Source: Bdellovibrionales bacterium
Lineage (GTDB): Bacteria > Bdellovibrionota > Bdellovibrionia > Bdellovibrionales > JAUICD01
DNA length: 64,000 nt
NCBI GenBank assembly: GCA_965262715.1
Contig: OZ253553.1
Location: forward strand, 2,208,001 to 2,272,000
Direction: 5' to 3'
Made by a program: the position numbers and the translations under genes. Every line of letters begins with the position of its first letter. Within the stretch, counting starts at the first letter, position 1. Below are positions 19,265 to 29,941 of the stretch, piece by piece. The notes under the pieces were generated by a model. That model ran no database searches. It worked only from the letters and a program-made list of their open reading frames with translations, and had not been told where the DNA came from.

Positions 19265-19918
19265 ATGAAAAAAATAGGAGTGTTGCGGTTTCCAGGAACA
19301 AACTGTGATTGGGATGTTTTTCATGCCTTGAGAACATTATCATATCAACCTCATTGGTTATGGCATAAGGACCACTTTGATCCCGAGCACTTTGATGGAT
19401 TTGTGGTGCCTGGAGGTTTTAGTTTTGGAGATTATCTAAGACCAGGCGTGCTGGCTGCTCGCAGCCGAGCAATGCAAGATTTAATCACTGCAGCTAAAAA
19501 ACAAAAACCTATACTAGGTATTTGCAATGGATTTCAAATTCTGTGTGAAGCAAAGCTATTACCTGGAATATTATTACCTAACATAGCTCTGCGATTTATT
19601 GACAAGTGGGTCTCTTTAGAAACAATTTTCCATTCAAATGTTTGGCAAGTATCTCAATCTCAGGAAAAACCCTGTTTTTATCTACCCATAGCTCATGATG
19701 AAGGACGATTTTTTGCCCCTTCTGAAACATTAAAATCCATGGAGGATAATGAGCAAATTTGGTTAAAGTACAAAAGTAATCCTAATGGCTCATTGCAAAG
19801 TATTGCAGGCATCTTCAACGAAACAAAAAATATTGCAGGCCTTATGCCTCATCCTGAAAGAGCTATATTTTCATGGATGAAAACTCAACACGGAACAAAC
19901 ATTCTAAAATGCTTCTAA
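19265..19918 (+). CDS. purQ: FGAM synthase glutaminase subunit PurQ
   Basis: FPGTNCD, PGGFSFGDYLR, GICNGFQIL, GLMPHPER. Confidence 0.97.
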   Translation: MKKIGVLRFPGTNCDWDVFHALRTLSYQPHWLWHKDHFDPEHFDGFVVPGGFSFGDYLRPGVLAARSRAMQDLITAAKKQKPILGICNGFQILCEAKLLPGILLPNIALRFIDKWVSLETIFHSNVWQVSQSQEKPCFYLPIAHDEGRFFAPSETLKSMEDNEQIWLKYKSNPNGSLQSIAGIFNETKNIAGLMPHPERAIFSWMKTQHGTNILKCF

Positions 19919-19967
19919 AAAATAACCTTTGATAAGCCTTTCTTATTCTTAACAAAATCAGCTTTTA

Positions 19968-19994
19968 TAAAACGATCTTTTATTTTGTCGATAG
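19968..19994 (+). promoter_or_regulatory. sigma28 (FliA)-like promoter candidate
   Basis: TAAA-N15-GTCGATAG versus consensus TAAA-N15-GCCGATAA. Confidence 0.45.
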
Positions 19995-20087
19995 TGATAA
20001 CCACACAATATTAAAAGAACATTCTATTGTTCATAAAATATTCTTATGAAAAATAATCTTTTGTAATTTTTATAATTTAAATTATGT

Positions 20088-21782
20088 ATGTTTTGTAAAG
20101 TTTACAAAACATACTATTTTAATAGACTTAAAAGAAAAATTCAAGTAAGTTACACAGTTATCATGAATTTCTATGTATTTGTTCAAAGAACTATTTTTAT
20201 TACAGGCTTTATAACATGTATTATCGCATTTTTATCTCAAGCCTCTTTCGCTAGTCCATTAACTCAAGAAGCATCTTCTGCTAGTATATGTGCAATAGCC
20301 CTTCAGCCTGGCATGACATCTTCAATACAAGAAGTTAAAGACATTATTGATGTAGCTAAAGTTATTTCTTTTTTAAGAGGAAATAAAGATCACTCAAGAT
20401 CACCTAATGGAAATATAATTATACATCCAATAGATATCCTTTTAGCTTCTATGACAATAGTTGTAGAAGTTGATAACGATCAAACTCATGTTGTCAAAGC
20501 AAATCTTACAACTGGTATTATATTTAACAGTTTAAAGAGTTTAAGAGAAGGCAGATTGTTATTTGATCTGCAAAACAGAGTTTGGGAAGAATTAAATGAT
20601 CCAATTAAAAAAAGGCTTAGTATCTTAGAATCACATGAAAATGGATATATTCTGGCACTCGATAGAAGATATACAAACTCTTTTGATAATATCATATCAC
20701 AAGATGCAATATTCAACCAAGGGGCCTTAGATTTATTACGAATAGAAACAGAAGGCAATGGAAATACTTATATTGATCCCAGAGATCTCCTTCTTGCTAT
20801 GATACAATCTCCTGATCTTTATTTTGTTTATGAGCTTTTTTCCTCTCAATTGACTGGAGTGCTCAGCTTCTTTGAAAGCTGGCTTGTTGATAATCAAAGA
20901 CAAATTGATGAAATCAGATCTATTATGAGTAACTCTACAAATACACCTCATAGATATACTCCCATATTACAACTGCAAATATCATATTATATGTCTCGAA
21001 GAAGACAAAATAATGGAAATAAAGAAGTTCAATCTGTCAATACGAATGCTCACCTTCTTAGAAAATTCGGTTTTCCTGGAAGAGCAGTCGAAAGATCAAT
21101 GGATCAAATAACAGATAATAAGTTTGATAATCTTAAGATAAGGATAAAAAGACGTATACTTAGAAATACTTCTTCAAATGAAGTTAGAGAAATTGAAGAT
21201 CTTAATAACAACGAGATAGATGCTTTAGTCAATGAAAATGATATTAGAAATTTTTTAAAATATCACCGCGACTTTACAGATGAGGAAGTTGAACTTTTTA
21301 TGCAAAGTTTTATACAAAAACAAGAAACCATAGAGCCAGAAACAAACAACACTATAAATAATGATACAACAACAATTCAAATACCTCAACCTCGTCAACA
21401 ACTTATTGAGAGATTAAGCCGTATGAATCAAGATGACTTAGAAATCTTTATAAGAGAAGTAGGTTTTGAAGTGAATAGTGATTTTATCCATCCTCTGATG
21501 GACCCTCAAAAAATACCCAAAGATATTAAAGATATTTTTATAAGATTCATAGCTGATGTAAGCCAAGCTGGTAGTATATTTGATATCAGAACATCTAATA
21601 ATGCTTATCAATTTAAAAAAATTCGAAGTTTTAGCAAAAGAAATAAAAAACACCAACGAAGCTCTACAAACTATCATTCCTTACACCTTGGCTGGAATTG
21701 GGTTTTAGTTGTGAGAGAAGAAGGAAATATCTTCATTCTAGATAGGATAATTTCTCACGGAACTTATGAAAGGTACTATTAA
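20088..21782 (+). CDS. putative secreted protein with a C-terminal RelE/HigB-like domain (start probably 20163)
   Basis: Signal-like ITGFITCIIAFLSQASFA; C-terminus YHSLHLGWNWVLVVREEGNIFILDRIISHGTYERYY. Confidence 0.55.
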   Translation: MFCKVYKTYYFNRLKRKIQVSYTVIMNFYVFVQRTIFITGFITCIIAFLSQASFASPLTQEASSASICAIALQPGMTSSIQEVKDIIDVAKVISFLRGNKDHSRSPNGNIIIHPIDILLASMTIVVEVDNDQTHVVKANLTTGIIFNSLKSLREGRLLFDLQNRVWEELNDPIKKRLSILESHENGYILALDRRYTNSFDNIISQDAIFNQGALDLLRIETEGNGNTYIDPRDLLLAMIQSPDLYFVYELFSSQLTGVLSFFESWLVDNQRQIDEIRSIMSNSTNTPHRYTPILQLQISYYMSRRRQNNGNKEVQSVNTNAHLLRKFGFPGRAVERSMDQITDNKFDNLKIRIKRRILRNTSSNEVREIEDLNNNEIDALVNENDIRNFLKYHRDFTDEEVELFMQSFIQKQETIEPETNNTINNDTTTIQIPQPRQQLIERLSRMNQDDLEIFIREVGFEVNSDFIHPLMDPQKIPKDIKDIFIRFIADVSQAGSIFDIRTSNNAYQFKKIRSFSKRNKKHQRSSTNYHSLHLGWNWVLVVREEGNIFILDRIISHGTYERYY

Positions 21783-21827
21783 ATGGCTTTGTTGCACAAA
21801 CATATATAGAAAGAAGACCGCACTAAA

Positions 21828-24215
21828 TTAAAAATCATGTGAAAAAACACTAACAAACTCTCTATCTGTAATCACTGTCTTTATGGCCACCTGCTCAGAA
21901 TATACTGGTTCTAAAATCACAGATTGTAGTCCTGGCTCTACATTAAATAAAACAAATCCACCCCTTTCTAAATCAGGTAAAGGGTTTTGCGAGCTTATCC
22001 CTCTGTCAAAATCAAAATAAACAATTTCAATATGATCGTTTCCTAAATAAGCCCTAAAAGATGAATTAGAAACATGACCCACAACCACTGATAACCCTGG
22101 GTGTTGAGTGATTTTATGTTTACCTGCCAATCCATTGATCCATGCGCGAGAAGGTACAGGAAAAGCAATAACATCTTCATTGCGATCAGATGTCAAAACC
22201 GTAGGATGATAAAGATTATCATTAGGTCTTACTTCAAAGTATTCTACACCACCAAAAGTACTAAAATTCAATCGCCCTGATTGTGTTTCCATTTCTTCTA
22301 TATCTGAACCTAGATAATTCACACGTGCAGATAACAAATCTCCTGTTTTATTATCAAAAACACAGAATTCAGTTTCTTTTCTTAATGTTTGTTCTAGTTT
22401 CACACTAGATATATAACCACTATCTGCCCATAAAACCTTAGAAGGAACTGTGAACTCCTCGCTATGACCTCTTAATAATTGAATTCCTGGGGACACATTC
22501 ACATAAGCAAAATATCCTGTAGATGTTGTTGCATTTCCTGCTACAAACTGATTATCCTCGGTTAAATAGTAAGGTCCATTTTGACTTTCTGCCAACTCTA
22601 AAGAGACTCCTTCAAGAGGGTTTCCATCCTTTAGTACTCTCCCCCAAATAATACCTAAATCTAAGTTCAAATTCGACACATGCTTCTGAAGAGATGTCAC
22701 AAGAGTTTTCTCTGGTGTTTCCCAGTCGTAAGTCATATCATTTGTTGATAAAAAGAGTGTTTTAAATAAGTCCTCTGTATGAACCCTGGCAATAAAACTA
22801 GAGCCTATAAGCATCTCCGGAATAGAAACTAAACCTTGATTATCAGACTTTGTAGTATTACCTATACCTTCAATCTCAACAAAAGCTTCCTTCAATGGTT
22901 TTCTACGATCTCCTACTTCAAAGACTTTCATGCTAGATGAATGATTAAAAGGCATAACTTGTAAGTTTACTTCAGCAGTATCAGAAAACACGACCCTGGA
23001 ATCTTCTAAAAACCTATCTTTGAAAAACTTTCTTAATGAAACTTGACCAGAGCCTCTTAACAAACCATTCTCATCTCTTAATTGAGCGCGTAAAATACCA
23101 GAAGATGGCTCTTCTACATCAATACTGAAACGACCCTTTCTTAAATCAATATCCGCTTCACGTACAAATGAACAACTATTTACATATTCAACATTTAATT
23201 TATTACCATCTACCAAACCAAGCCCACTCAATAAGGTTACATCTCCTATAATTCTTATAGGAGAAAGATTCATTAATCTTTCTTGTAGGTTGTTACCATC
23301 TGTAGAATCTACCATGCCACTAGCAGATATCATCCTAGTATCTTCAATAAGAAACTCTCGAGAAGGTACTTCTTTATTAAAATCAGAAATGGCTTTTCCA
23401 GAAGTAGTATTTGTGTTTTGAGAGATAATTAATGGCTTAGAAGAAGGCTGCTGATTTGGAAGACCTACCCAGATATTACCAACCCATTTTTGTTCAGGCA
23501 TAGAATTTCTAGCATCTACTATTGAACTGTCCTGTTCGTTTATATCAGGAGACGTTTTATTGCTTTCTTCTTCCATCTCTTGTATATATGCAAACCAACG
23601 TTTTTCAAATTCAGAAAGTCGATCTGTAAAAGTTGATGTAATCGGTTTTATAGTGTCTTCTACAACTTGCTCTAATGTCTGAGCTTGAGAAATTATTGTA
23701 TCATTTTTTAACTCTTCTCGACTAGGTAATTTAGGAAGCTCGACACTAGACAATGTAATTCCTTTAAGACGTAGGACTTTTAAAGGTGTCGTTTTAAAGG
23801 ACCTCTTAAAAGATTTAGTGTCTATAGATTTTGTCTCTATAGTTTTAGAACTGAGTAAAAGAGGTTTTTTAATATGAACAATGCGTCTTGATGGCACCTT
23901 ATGAAAAGTGTCAGCAAATATAACTGGGTTTCTTTTCTGAAATAGAGACGCGGATGGTTGAGTTTCTCTTACTTTAAATGATGGTGAGATACTCTCATCA
24001 ATAAAAGCAATCAAAGGTGGTGCATTACGCTTAACATTAACTTTTAAGCTAGTTTTTACATTTCTTACATTTTGATAAGTTAAATCAAAAGGAAAAAACC
24101 AACATATAAAAAATAACAAAAAGACGAAGTATTCTCTATCATTGAAAAGTAAAACTTTTTTCAAATCTGACATACTTTTAACTATCAATAAAATTATAGA
24201 TTTTAATTTATCCAA
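21828..24215 (-). CDS. large membrane-anchored hypothetical protein with carboxypeptidase-regulatory-like beta domains
   Basis: N-terminal TM; GIIWGRVLKDGNPLEGVSLEL, GYFAYVNVSPG and GGFVLFNVEPG repeats. Confidence 0.6.
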   Translation of the reverse strand: MDKLKSIILLIVKSMSDLKKVLLFNDREYFVFLLFFICWFFPFDLTYQNVRNVKTSLKVNVKRNAPPLIAFIDESISPSFKVRETQPSASLFQKRNPVIFADTFHKVPSRRIVHIKKPLLLSSKTIETKSIDTKSFKRSFKTTPLKVLRLKGITLSSVELPKLPSREELKNDTIISQAQTLEQVVEDTIKPITSTFTDRLSEFEKRWFAYIQEMEEESNKTSPDINEQDSSIVDARNSMPEQKWVGNIWVGLPNQQPSSKPLIISQNTNTTSGKAISDFNKEVPSREFLIEDTRMISASGMVDSTDGNNLQERLMNLSPIRIIGDVTLLSGLGLVDGNKLNVEYVNSCSFVREADIDLRKGRFSIDVEEPSSGILRAQLRDENGLLRGSGQVSLRKFFKDRFLEDSRVVFSDTAEVNLQVMPFNHSSSMKVFEVGDRRKPLKEAFVEIEGIGNTTKSDNQGLVSIPEMLIGSSFIARVHTEDLFKTLFLSTNDMTYDWETPEKTLVTSLQKHVSNLNLDLGIIWGRVLKDGNPLEGVSLELAESQNGPYYLTEDNQFVAGNATTSTGYFAYVNVSPGIQLLRGHSEEFTVPSKVLWADSGYISSVKLEQTLRKETEFCVFDNKTGDLLSARVNYLGSDIEEMETQSGRLNFSTFGGVEYFEVRPNDNLYHPTVLTSDRNEDVIAFPVPSRAWINGLAGKHKITQHPGLSVVVGHVSNSSFRAYLGNDHIEIVYFDFDRGISSQNPLPDLERGGFVLFNVEPGLQSVILEPVYSEQVAIKTVITDREFVSVFSHDF

Positions 24216-24253
24216 AAAAGAATTATCCTAAAAGTTTTCTACTTTTAGAATAT

Positions 24254-24760
24254 TTAATAAGGACGAAAGTTGTCAATCAAATCCCAACTTTTATCTCTTC
24301 TTAAAAGATCATCATAAATAGTTTTTCCTAGACTTTTAGCTGATATTGCTTCTACACCAACATAAGTCCATTTTCCAACAGCTAAATCTTTTTGTGAATT
24401 AACTTGATTAGGCCCTCCAGACACACGTATTTCTAAGTATACTTTCACTTTTAAATGATAAGGCCTCCTATCTCCTAAAATCCATACATGTGCCTGCGCG
24501 CGAAAAGCTCTTCTTTCAGTTAATTGATATTTCTCATTATAATAACCTGGATGAAAGTAGTTAGATTTCATCTCACGATGGTTTCTGCTAATCCACCCTA
24601 TTCCTTCAGGCAAATTTCTTTTTACAACAGATTGAATAATATGCAAAGGATAACTAATATCTCTTTTAGAATAATAGGACATACAACCTATCAAAAAGAC
24701 AAAAGAAAAAACACTCAATAACTTTATATAGTTTATAAAAATTTTTACAAATTTATTCAT
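24254..24760 (-). CDS. hypothetical lipoprotein
   Basis: Lipobox LIGC; intact 168-aa ORF. Confidence 0.65.
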   Translation of the reverse strand: MNKFVKIFINYIKLLSVFSFVFLIGCMSYYSKRDISYPLHIIQSVVKRNLPEGIGWISRNHREMKSNYFHPGYYNEKYQLTERRAFRAQAHVWILGDRRPYHLKVKVYLEIRVSGGPNQVNSQKDLAVGKWTYVGVEAISAKSLGKTIYDDLLRRDKSWDLIDNFRPY

Positions 24761-24772
24761 ATATTTATTCTA

Positions 24773-25587
24773 CTCTGTTTCACTAAAAATGTCTCTGGCC
24801 TCTGGCCACTTTCTGGCAATAAGCCTGAAGGGTAATACCTTCAGAAAAAGCTTATTGCCTAGAAAGAATGAAACATTTTTAGTAACAAGAGAATCTCCTC
24901 GTTATTTAATATAATGTTAAGGAAAATTTCCTCTGTTTCAGTAAAAATGTCTCTGGCCTCTGGCCACTTTCTGGCAATAAGCCTGAAGGGTAATACCTTC
25001 AGAAAAAGCTTATTGCCTAGAAAGAATGAAACATTTTTAGTAACAAGAGAATCTCCTCGTTATTTAATATAATGTTAAGGAAAATTTCCTCTGTTTCAGT
25101 AAAAATGTCTCTGGCCTCTGGCCACTTTCTGGCAATAAGCCTGAAGGGTAATACCTTCAGAAAAAGCTTATTGCCTAGAAAGAATGAAACATTTTTAGTA
25201 ACAAGAGAATCTCCTCGTTATTTAATATAATGTTAAGGAAAATTTCCTCTGTTTCAGTAAAAATGTCTCTGGCCTCTGGCCACTTTCTGGCAATAAGCCT
25301 GAAGGGTAATACCTTCAGAAAAAGCTTATTGCCTAGAAAGAATGAAACATTTTTAGTAACAAGAGAATCTCCTCGTTATTTAATATAATGTTAAGGAAAA
25401 TTTCCTCTGTTTCAGTAAAAATGTCTCTGGCCTCTGGCCACTTTCTGGCAATAAGCCTGAAGGGTAATACCTTCAGAAAAAGCTTATTGCCTAGAAAGAA
25501 TGAAACATTTTTAGTAACAAGAGAATCTCCTCGTTATTTAATATAATGTTAAGGAAAATTTCCTCTGTTTCAGTAAAAATGTCTCTG
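24773..25587 (+). repeat. tandem array of 158-bp module-A palindromic units (5 full plus 25 bp)
   Basis: Unit starts at 24773, 24931, 25089, 25247, 25405 and 25563; units read as identical except cactaaaa versus cagtaaaa in the first. Confidence 0.95.
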
Positions 25588-25686
25588 ATCACAGTTCTTT
25601 AAGTTGATAAATAGGATTAAAGGCCTACTTGGTTTGAGTAAATAGATTCAATTTTACAAAACCTTATTTTACAAGAGGAGACCGCT

Positions 25687-26409
25687 TTAAGATTTTTGAT
25701 GTTTCATAAGCTCATTATCTCTAGCAAATTTGTCTATCCCAATATCTGTTAAGGGATGTTTTACAAGTTGTTTGATCACCTTAAAAGGCATTGTAACAAC
25801 ATCTGCTGATGCAATAGACGCGTCTAAGACATGAAGAGGGTTGCGTATACTTGCAACTAATATCTTTGTTTGAAAATCATAATTACAAAAGATAACTTGT
25901 ATTTGAGAAACCATATCCATACCATAAGTAGAAATATCATCTAATCTTCCAACAAATGGAGAAACATAAGTCGCTCCTGCCTTTGCACACATTAAAGCCT
26001 GAAGAGGATGAAATACTAAAGTCACATTTGTCTTTATACCTTTTTGAGATAAAAATCGTACCGCTTTTAATCCTTCCATTGTCATAGGTATTTTCACTAT
26101 AATATTGCCTTGATCGTTTTTCTTACCAATTTCATCTATAAAAAACATAGCCTCTTTAATCATATCCTCAGATGTTTTAATAGAAGTTACTTCAACACTT
26201 ACTGGTTTATCCTCAACAGCTTTTAATATCTCTAAAACGATTTTATTTGCAACTTCTGTAGGTGTTCCATCATACTTATCTTTCTTATCTTTATATTTTT
26301 TAACCTCTTTAGCTAGAAGTGATGGGTTAGTTGTCACACCATCTACTAAACCATAAGATTGAACCTCTTTGACTTCATCCACATTAGCTGTATCAATAAA
26401 AAATTCCAT
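25687..26409 (-). CDS. fsa: transaldolase / fructose-6-phosphate aldolase
   Basis: FFIDTAN, GVTTNPSL, VKIPMT, TNVTLVF, YVSPFVGRLDD. Confidence 0.93.
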   Translation of the reverse strand: MEFFIDTANVDEVKEVQSYGLVDGVTTNPSLLAKEVKKYKDKKDKYDGTPTEVANKIVLEILKAVEDKPVSVEVTSIKTSEDMIKEAMFFIDEIGKKNDQGNIIVKIPMTMEGLKAVRFLSQKGIKTNVTLVFHPLQALMCAKAGATYVSPFVGRLDDISTYGMDMVSQIQVIFCNYDFQTKILVASIRNPLHVLDASIASADVVTMPFKVIKQLVKHPLTDIGIDKFARDNELMKHQKS

Positions 26410-26467
26410 AGCAAAAACCTCACTTGTGTTTGCTATACATAAAATAAATCTCTAAAAAGATCAAGGG

Positions 26468-26863
26468 CTGTTTCACTAAAAATGCCTTTTGCCTCTGGCA
26501 ACTTTCTGGCATTGCCCTCCAAACTGGCTTACGCCGTTTGACAAATAGGGCAATACCTAGAAAGCATAAGGCATTTTTAGTAAGGAGACTACCCTCGTCC
26601 CTTTACAAGATGTTAAGGAAAATTTCCTCTTACCATCTTATTTTTTATACACATCCCTCTAACAAATTACCTAAATCTTTAAATAGCTTATAAGAATTGA
26701 TGCATAAGTTAAAGGACGAGATCTTCCGCAGAGAAATTGCTATTGGCAATTTCTCGAGGACTTCGAGAACTTAACTTATGCATCAATTCAAAACTTTCAA
26801 AGATTTTTTTCTCTGTTTTTTCTAAAAAAACAGCACATCCCTTAACTCTGGCCACTTTCTGGC
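26468..26863 (+). repeat. composite palindromic element: A, linker, B, start of A
   Basis: A 26468-26626 (aaaaatgcctt/aaggcattttt stem); B 26661-26841 (gaattgatgcataagtt/aacttatgcatcaattc stem, ttccgcaga...tcgaggact core). Confidence 0.88.
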
Positions 26864-27049
26864 ATGGCAGAAATCGCTTCCCGGCAACAGTTTACCTGTT
26901 TTCCAGAAAAAGATAATGGAAGTTCATTGCTCGAGGGCACTCTGCCATTAGTGAAAAACCCTGCCAAAAGACACTACTAATATATGCAAATATTTTGCAG
27001 CAAGGCCCATTTGATGTATAAATATCAGTTAAAGGTTATAAAATATTGG

Positions 27050-27703
27050 CTACTGATAAGAAACTTCTGAAAAATTAAGAGAAATCATACCACCACCTTG
27101 ATGAGAAAGAATAGTCGCTTTTCCCACAGATCTGTTCTCAGAATTTTTAAGCACAAAAACCTCAGAATTCTTATCATTGACTTGGACGTCTATAACTTTT
27201 TCTACACTTTGAAAAGGAATAAACCAAAATGATCGATAATCTGTTAAAAACTCTGCTCTATCTTTAACTTTTTTCAATTCATTTTCATTTATTTCAGATT
27301 GAGCCTTCAGTTGAGAAATGCCTCCTTTATCGCGAATGACACTATAGTTTCCGCTTAAAACACCAAATTGGAACTGTTCTACCTTTGATGGTTTCTTTCC
27401 TAATTGAGATAAAGAGAGACGAGTGTTTTCTGTCAAGTTCTTAAGAAAACTTTGCTCATTTTTAACATAATCCAAAGACTTTTGAGATGTTTGAAATGAA
27501 TTTTGAGCAGAAGCAATAAATCTATCTGAATAATCCTGATTTTCCAATGCTAAAGGTTGATATTGATATTCTGTGTTATTAGACTCTCTATTTTTTGTAT
27601 TGATAAATGGGACAATAAACAAAACTCCCAATAATGTAATCGTAGTTATGATATCTTTCTTTCTATAACTCTTATAATATTTCATCAAATATCTCCTTGG
27701 CAA
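27050..27703 (-). CDS. hypothetical membrane-anchored protein (start probably 27685)
   Basis: N-terminal TM; AGGAGA RBS before ATG 27685. Confidence 0.65.
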   Translation of the reverse strand: MPRRYLMKYYKSYRKKDIITTITLLGVLFIVPFINTKNRESNNTEYQYQPLALENQDYSDRFIASAQNSFQTSQKSLDYVKNEQSFLKNLTENTRLSLSQLGKKPSKVEQFQFGVLSGNYSVIRDKGGISQLKAQSEINENELKKVKDRAEFLTDYRSFWFIPFQSVEKVIDVQVNDKNSEVFVLKNSENRSVGKATILSHQGGGMISLNFSEVSYQ

Positions 27704-27732
27704 ATAAAAATTTCTATCCTTACCCTTATGAG

Positions 27733-27748
27733 TGCTAATCTTGTGCCA
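27733..27748 (-). promoter_or_regulatory. sigma54 promoter candidate
   Basis: TGGCAC-AAGAT-TAGCA on the minus strand upstream of 27050..27703. Confidence 0.5.
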
Positions 27749-27808
27749 ACTTATATGAGCCTATATTCAATTTAGCTGTCTATACATTATACAATTGTCT
27801 ATATAAAC

Positions 27809-28756
27809 TTATCGGAGAGAAGGAACTGAAATATGAAGAAAATAAATAAGATAAGCCCAAAGGATGTGTGTTACAGTGAGATGAGTCAATTTCAATATAA
27901 CTGGAGACAGTGCCAAAAGATTCGTCAATCCTATTATAAAAGCTATAAAATAAAGCACCATAAGATGATTGACTCTAACTGTATGTTGTAGAAATTCTGC
28001 TTTCATAACCATGTTCTGTGTTATCTTTAATTTAAAAGATGAAAGCAAAAATAAACTCACAATAATATAACATATAGCAAAGATAGGGTGAAATATTCGC
28101 CATTGAATCAACCAATGAGCATTTCTTTGAAGATCCAACCAAAATCCTTCTATTAAAGATTCAGATGGAAAAAGTGTAGACGATAGTGCCGCAATAGCTC
28201 CTATTATTGATAAAAGCAAAAAACCAATCTCTAAAATATAGCCTTTCAGCTTTATATATTGATCTTGTTTAAAAAGAATACTTTTATAAGAAGTGAAAGG
28301 ATCTTTAAAAGATATAGCAAGACTACCTGTCAATAACAGGCTATTGATTTGATGAAGAGACATCACAAAAGCTCTTTGAAAACTACTGACATCCCCTACT
28401 AATTCTGAGAGCACCAGCTTAGCTCCAATAAGTGCTTCTGTTAGAGTAAAAAACAAGGTCCATAAACACAGTCTTCTGATCTTATGACCAGTAGGAAAGA
28501 GTTTAAAAGCCATAATCACTAAAAAGATCACCGCTAATCCAAAAATTCCTGTTGAAAAACGATGCGTCCATTCAATCCAAGTAGATAAATCTGTTGTGCT
28601 ATTGGGCAAAAAATCACCACGGCAAAGAGGCCAATTTCTACCACATCCATCCCCTGATTTTGAAACACGAACCCATGCGCCCCATAAAATAACAATTAAG
28701 GTATAAACCCAAAGAACTTTAACAAACTGAAAATACTTATCTTTTGATATCTTCAT
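27809..28756 (-). CDS. ctaA: heme A synthase (COX15/CtaA family)
   Basis: GAWVRVSKSGDGCGRNWPLC, IEWTHR, multiple TM helices with conserved His. Confidence 0.85.
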   Translation of the reverse strand: MKISKDKYFQFVKVLWVYTLIVILWGAWVRVSKSGDGCGRNWPLCRGDFLPNSTTDLSTWIEWTHRFSTGIFGLAVIFLVIMAFKLFPTGHKIRRLCLWTLFFTLTEALIGAKLVLSELVGDVSSFQRAFVMSLHQINSLLLTGSLAISFKDPFTSYKSILFKQDQYIKLKGYILEIGFLLLSIIGAIAALSSTLFPSESLIEGFWLDLQRNAHWLIQWRIFHPIFAICYIIVSLFLLSSFKLKITQNMVMKAEFLQHTVRVNHLMVLYFIAFIIGLTNLLALSPVILKLTHLTVTHILWAYLIYFLHISVPSLR

Positions 28757-29690
28757 ATTTTTTATTATCTATTACCTTGCTTCCAATCTGCCAAGTTTTA
28801 TGTACATCATGATATTGACCGATATTGTCCACATCAATCCAATAAGGGGTATATTTATTTCTAAACCATGTCATTTGTTTTTTAGCTAGCCTCATGGTGG
28901 CGCAAACAATCTCGTCTACCATATCTTCTTTTTTAATTTTTTCTTCTAAAAAATGCATCACTTGTTTATAACCTACACTTTTCATCATAGGCCAATCTTT
29001 TAACCCTTTTTGCACTAACTCTTGCACTTCATCTATCAAGCCTATCTCTAGCATTTGACAAGTTCGTTTATGAATTTTTTGTCTTAGCTGATTCTTATTA
29101 CACTTTAAACCTATCACTACTTTTGGATAAGGGAAAAGACAAGGTTGAAAGCCTTTTAGCATTTGAGTGATTGTTTGAGATTGTGTCCGCAATATTTCTA
29201 TAGCCCTCAAAACACGATGAACATCTCTATGGTGTACTCTCTCAGCATAAGCAATATCTTTATCTCTTAATTCTTTATATAGACAGTCCAAACCATCTTT
29301 TTTAAAGCTTTTAATAACATTATTCCTTTCTTCTATTGAGACCGTCGGCAAAGAAGGCATTCCTTTCAAAAGAGCCTGTAAATAAAAACCACTACCACCT
29401 ACAATAAAAACATAAGATACTTTTCGATCACAAAGATGTTTAAGTGTTCTAAGAGCAGATCTTCTGAAGTCTCCAGCAGTAAACTCCCCTCCTTCTTTAA
29501 CAATGTCAAAGAGATGATGAGGGATTTCAGCTTGTAATTTTTTTGAGGGCTTATTTGATCCAATATTTAAAGATTGAAAACACTGTACGCTATCCGCATT
29601 GAGAATATGACCACCAACAGATTTAGCCCATTTAAAAGCTAAGTCTGACTTTCCTACTCCAGTGGGACCCACAATAAAAATTGTTCTCAT
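28737..29690 (-). CDS. miaA: tRNA dimethylallyltransferase
   Basis: GPTGVGKS, NADSVQ, IGSNKPS, VGGSGFYL, AKKQMTWFR. Confidence 0.96.
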   Translation of the reverse strand: MRTIFIVGPTGVGKSDLAFKWAKSVGGHILNADSVQCFQSLNIGSNKPSKKLQAEIPHHLFDIVKEGGEFTAGDFRRSALRTLKHLCDRKVSYVFIVGGSGFYLQALLKGMPSLPTVSIEERNNVIKSFKKDGLDCLYKELRDKDIAYAERVHHRDVHRVLRAIEILRTQSQTITQMLKGFQPCLFPYPKVVIGLKCNKNQLRQKIHKRTCQMLEIGLIDEVQELVQKGLKDWPMMKSVGYKQVMHFLEEKIKKEDMVDEIVCATMRLAKKQMTWFRNKYTPYWIDVDNIGQYHDVHKTWQIGSKVIDNKKYEDIKR

Positions 29691-29913
29691 TTTTTCTAAT
29701 ATACTTTAAACTTTATAAAACTATATATCATAAATTTTGTTCTACTCAGTATCTGATGTTTGACAACAGGCAAGTCTAAGAATCTAAAGAGAAATTGTTG
29801 TCACAAAATAAGACACTTATAGACAAATTTTGTCTATCTTAAAATCTACAAGCTCTAAATACCCATTTTTATGGACAAAAAGGACTTTATTTTGATCTGA
29901 CACAAAATAACTA

Positions 29914-29929
29914 TGGTCTACTTCTTGCT
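29914..29929 (+). promoter_or_regulatory. sigma54 promoter candidate
   Basis: TGGTCT-ACTTC-TTGCT with correct spacing just upstream of the MepA-like gene. Confidence 0.4.
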
Positions 29930-29941
29930 TATTATTAAAGT

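Noticed and set aside
24773..25587. CRISPR array
   Set aside because: Units are 158 bp and essentially identical, with no unique spacers, and no cas genes are in the window
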